Shown in pieces: positions 60,531 to 64,000 of a DNA stretch of 64,000 nucleotides. Source of the DNA: Felis catus (Eukaryota). The stretch spans positions 6,016,001-6,080,000 of the forward strand of contig NC_058383.1 in assembly GCF_018350175.1 (NCBI RefSeq), written 5' to 3'. The translations under genes were made by a program, and so were the position numbers. The notes beneath the pieces were generated by a model, which was not told the DNA's origin, made no database searches, and saw only the letters and a list, made by a program, of their open reading frames with translations. How positions within the stretch are numbered: position 1 is the first letter of the stretch; every line of letters begins with the position of its first letter.

Positions 60531-61394
60531 TAACTGGGTGTTTCTTGGTGAACTAGAACAGATTGTCTATGATTGGGCCAAACTCAAGACGTGATTCTTG
60601 GGGAAGCAAAACTGGGCCTTAAGGCACCGCGGGCCTGCTGGACATGAGTGCCTGAAATGAGAGGGTCCTTGGGAGTGTAAAGGGGCACCATTTGCTTGAG
60701 CTCAAGAGGACAGCCACCCATGTATGAGTGGGCTGGAGGGGACATGAGTGAAGAAGGGGCTTCTGTGTTTGGAAAGCCAGAGGCTCCTAGACTCCTACAA
60801 ACACCTGCAAAAGAGGGTGCCGCCGTGGGGAGGGAGGTGAGACGGCCATCGGAAGTGCTTCCTGGATCCTCCGGGCCTGGCTGGCTCTCAGGACACAGGT
60901 GAGCTCTTGGTCTGTCTCCATCTGGGTGCAGCTAGCCATGTGCACAGGTCACTGAGGTCCTGGCCAGCTCCGGGAGGCTTCCCCCAGGACCAGGACCCAT
61001 CCTGGGGAGCATAGGGGGTCCAGGGATGGCTCCAAACTAAAGCTGCTTGGAACAAAGTGGGGATGAGGTCTGGGTACCAATAGCTCTCCAGCACCTTCAG
61101 GTGACGCCTGTGCTCCTCGCCTCTGAACCTGTTCCGCCTTCGCCTTGCCTCCCACCCCCCACTGTAACATAACACGCAGTGGTCCCACCGCTGGATAAAC
61201 AGAATGGCACCTCCTCCCAAAGGTGAACGTGGGATCACCACACAACCCAGCGCTTCCACCCTGCATATATACCCGGAAGGGCTGAGCGAGGACTTGAAGA
61301 AATACTTGATTTTAGCGCTGTTAACTCAGTTACTCACACGAGCCTACAAGAGAAAGCAACCAGATTTCCATCAGCGGACCAGCGGACCAACAGA

Positions 61395-61785
61395 AGGTGG
61401 TCTGTCACATAGAATAGAACGTTATTCAGCCTGAAAAGGGAAGGAAACTCGGACACGTGTCACAACAAGATGAACCTTGAGGACACAGCTTGGTGGAACG
61501 AGCCAATCACAGAAAGACAAAGGTCTGATTGCACTTGTACGAGGTCCCTAGAGCTGTCCATACAGAGAGAAAGTAGATGGGGGTTGCTCAGGGCTGAGGG
61601 GGAGGGGAATGGAGTGTTAGAGTTTAATGGGTGCAGAGGTTCATTTTGGGGAAGATGGAGAAGTTCTGGAGATGGATAGTGGTGAGGAGAGCACAACGGT
61701 GTGAACGTGCTTAATGCCACTGAACTGTGCGCCTAAAAATGGTGAAAATGGTCTATTTTATGTGTGTTGTACCACAGGAAAAGTG
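61395..61785 (+). mobile_element. L1 (L1MB-like) 3' end
   Basis: TATTCAGCCTGAAAAGGGAAGGAAA...GTTTAATGGGTGCAGAGG...GTGCTTAATGCCACTGAACTGT. Confidence 0.9.
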
Positions 61786-62356
61786 AATACATTAAACAAC
61801 TCGGTAGTGAAGGGGCTTTGCTCTCTCCAGGGTAAGCCAGATCATTTACTGAGCACCCCCTCTGTGTCCGGGCAGACCCAGAACTGGTGGTGTCGGGTCC
61901 TCATGCTGAGGCAGCCCACCCTGGGGTCTGGAAAAAGACCCACTTTGAATCCCAATAGACCACCAGATAGACATAGCCCTGGGCACCCATCGCACGAGAT
62001 TACGTCCAGAGCTACGGGCCCTAGGGAGACATCAAGGCCGATGCCACACAGGAAGGCCAGATTGCTGTACCCATCCTTTGTGTCCAGCAGTGTCAGAGGC
62101 CAGCGGAGGTGTGAGCTATGCAGACTAGGCACTGCACATGTAGGGACAGAGGTGGGCAGGGCAGGGGACACTGGCTCCGGGTTGGGGGCCATGAGGGAAG
62201 GACAGGGCAGCTCTGTGTCCGTCGAGCTTTTGTAAGGCTGTGAGCTGTGGCTCAAGCCTGTCCCTCCCTGTTCCTGGTCCTCTGTCTCCCCTGTATGAGA
62301 GTCAGATGGTCCTTAAGGGCTGTCCCAGGACAGCAGCCAGCTGCAGTTCCCTTTGA

Positions 62357-62620
62357 GGGATGAACGTGTCCTACGCGAGGGATGAACGTGTCCTACGCGT
62401 GGGATGAACGTGTCCTACGCGTGGGATGAACGTGTCCTACGCGAGGGATGAACGTGTCCTACGCGAGGGATGAACGTGTCCTACGCGAGGGATGAACGTG
62501 TCCTACGCGTGGGATGAACGTGTCCTACGCGAGGGATGAACGTGTCCTACGCGTGGGATGAACGTGTCCTACGCGAGGGATGAACGTGTCCTACGCGTGG
62601 GATGAACGTGTCCTACGCGT
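62357..62620. repeat. Minisatellite (VNTR): 12 tandem copies of GGGATGAACGTGTCCTACGCGW (22 bp)
   Basis: Units counted directly. Only the last base varies, in the order A,T,T,A,A,A,T,A,T,A,T,T. Confidence 0.98.
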
Positions 62621-63009
62621 GTAGAGCATCACAGCTGGAGCACTGTAGCAGACACCCGTGCTGTTGCCTGGCCAGTGGTTCCTAGTGACCTGGAGAGCTC
62701 ATCAAATTAGAAGTGCCCCATCTTGCCCCCTGAGAGTCAGCATTAGGGGCTGTGGACTCTTGATGATTCGGACCTACCACCCCAACACTTCTGAGCCTGG
62801 GGGGCCCCCACCATTCACTTCACAGATGAGACCCAGGGAAAGATGAAAATGGCACCAAGATAGGTTTTCTCAAAACGAATAACCCAAAAGAGGCAGCTCG
62901 TATTCCTTTCATTTCTTGGGATCCAGCTGAACAAGGCCAGGCAGGAGGTGGAGGAGGGGAGCCATCTCTGTCCTCTGTATCATCTTTGTTGTCATGACAA
63001 CAGCAGCCA

Positions 63010-63210
63010 TGCTCTCTGGAGTGTTCCAGGTGCTGATGCTTTACAGGGGCTTTCTAATACCTCCAGACACTCTCTCAAGGTGGTTGCTACTCTCCCCACT
63101 TTATGGATGAGAAAATTGAGGTTCAGAGCGGTTGGCAGACTGGCTCAGGGTCCCCCAGCAGAGGTAAGGCCAGGATTTGAACCTGAACTAATCCCCTTAC
63201 ATCACACAGC
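63010..63210. mobile_element. MIR
   Basis: CCCCACTTTATGGATGAGAAAATTGAGGTTCAGAG...CAGGATTTGAACC. Confidence 0.8.
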
Positions 63211-64000
63211 CCCCGAGGTCCAGAACTGAAGTGACACCCTGAGCATGGGGGATGACCGGAGCTGAGGAGCACCCCCGTCCCCTCATGATTGTGGCAGGTC
63301 CCCAGGGCCAGATTCTCAGCACTGGGCTCAGCAAATGCTACTGGTTGGAAAGCCCAGGAGCCGGCCCTTCCCCAGAAGCCAGCTCCGGGGGGAACTCACA
63401 GGGCTGCACCGTCCAGCCGACTGGACGGCAGGCCATCAGCGAGCGCGTCCTCTTCCCAGCGAGCGGCGGCAGCGACATTCCCGAGAGCCCGAGCTGTGGG
63501 TGCATTCCCTCAGCTGCCCCTGTACGTCTGCATTCCCTGTCCCCGCCCCCCCAGAGGGTCAGTTGTACCCACAGTGTCGGCCAGTTTCCAACCCTGTCGG
63601 GGAGGCGCTAATAGCTCACAGCGGGCACGGGCTCAGTTTGAATCAGGTTGCTGTTGATGTTGTTATTTGGGGAGAAATGTTCACTTCCAGCCCCCACGCT
63701 GTACAAACAGACTGGGGCTCGTATCCAGGACTGAATGCCAACCAATTCCAGAGGGGTGGCGGGAATGAACTCCACTGCCATGCCGGGATCAGGGGGTAGG
63801 CTCTAGCCTGATGGGGACTCCAGGGATGGGCTGGTGGGAGCTGTATCAGGGCCAGGGGCAGGGGGTTTAGTGGGAGAGGTGCGGACAGGCAGACTTGCCC
63901 AGGGGCAAGATTTGGAAACTGCAGCGGCCGGCCTGGGGTCCAGGCTTGCCTCCCTGTGCTACCAGGCCCAGGATGTGAGTCCCTTGGGGCCGCAGGCCAG

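Noticed and set aside
58488..61785. Similar sequence near 58.7 kb and 61.4 kb as a local segmental duplication
   Set aside because: Both are independent L1MB-like 3' fragments covering the same consensus region, and the similarity does not extend into the flanks.
62357..62620. Regular 22-bp repeats as a CRISPR array or coding repeat
   Set aside because: The units are head-to-tail with no spacers, there are no cas genes, the context is mammalian, and 22 is not a multiple of three.

Overview
Mammalian non-coding genomic DNA, almost certainly from a cat or other feliform carnivore: it carries about 32 tRNA-derived Can-SINEs with the feliform-type body (GGCTCAGGTCATGATCTC...GAGCCTGGAGCCTGCTTCGGATTCTGTGTCTCCCTC...(CT)n...A-tail). 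I find no credible protein-coding exon, rRNA, tRNA gene or CRISPR array. The supplied ORFs look like chance GC-rich frames or translations of repeats. The rest is a mosaic of old eutherian repeats (MaLR MLT1 LTRs, MER21 and LTR33-like LTRs, L1 and L2 fragments, MIRs, Tigger3a, MER20, MER5 and MER94-like DNA elements), microsatellites and one perfect 12 x 22-bp CpG-rich minisatellite. The most interesting parts look regulatory: two CpG-retaining, CCAAT-box-rich, LTR-derived promoter-like islands (about 31.1-32.3 kb and 50.7-51.1 kb); four or five repeat-free AT-rich islands packed with homeodomain, PBX-HOX, TCF/LEF or SOX-like motifs; and one strong CTCF motif. This fits an intergenic or intronic regulatory landscape, possibly near a developmental gene, but that is inference. 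Repeat family names come from recalled consensus motifs, not a database search, and boundaries of old repeats are approximate. I cannot support a new biological system from this sequence alone.
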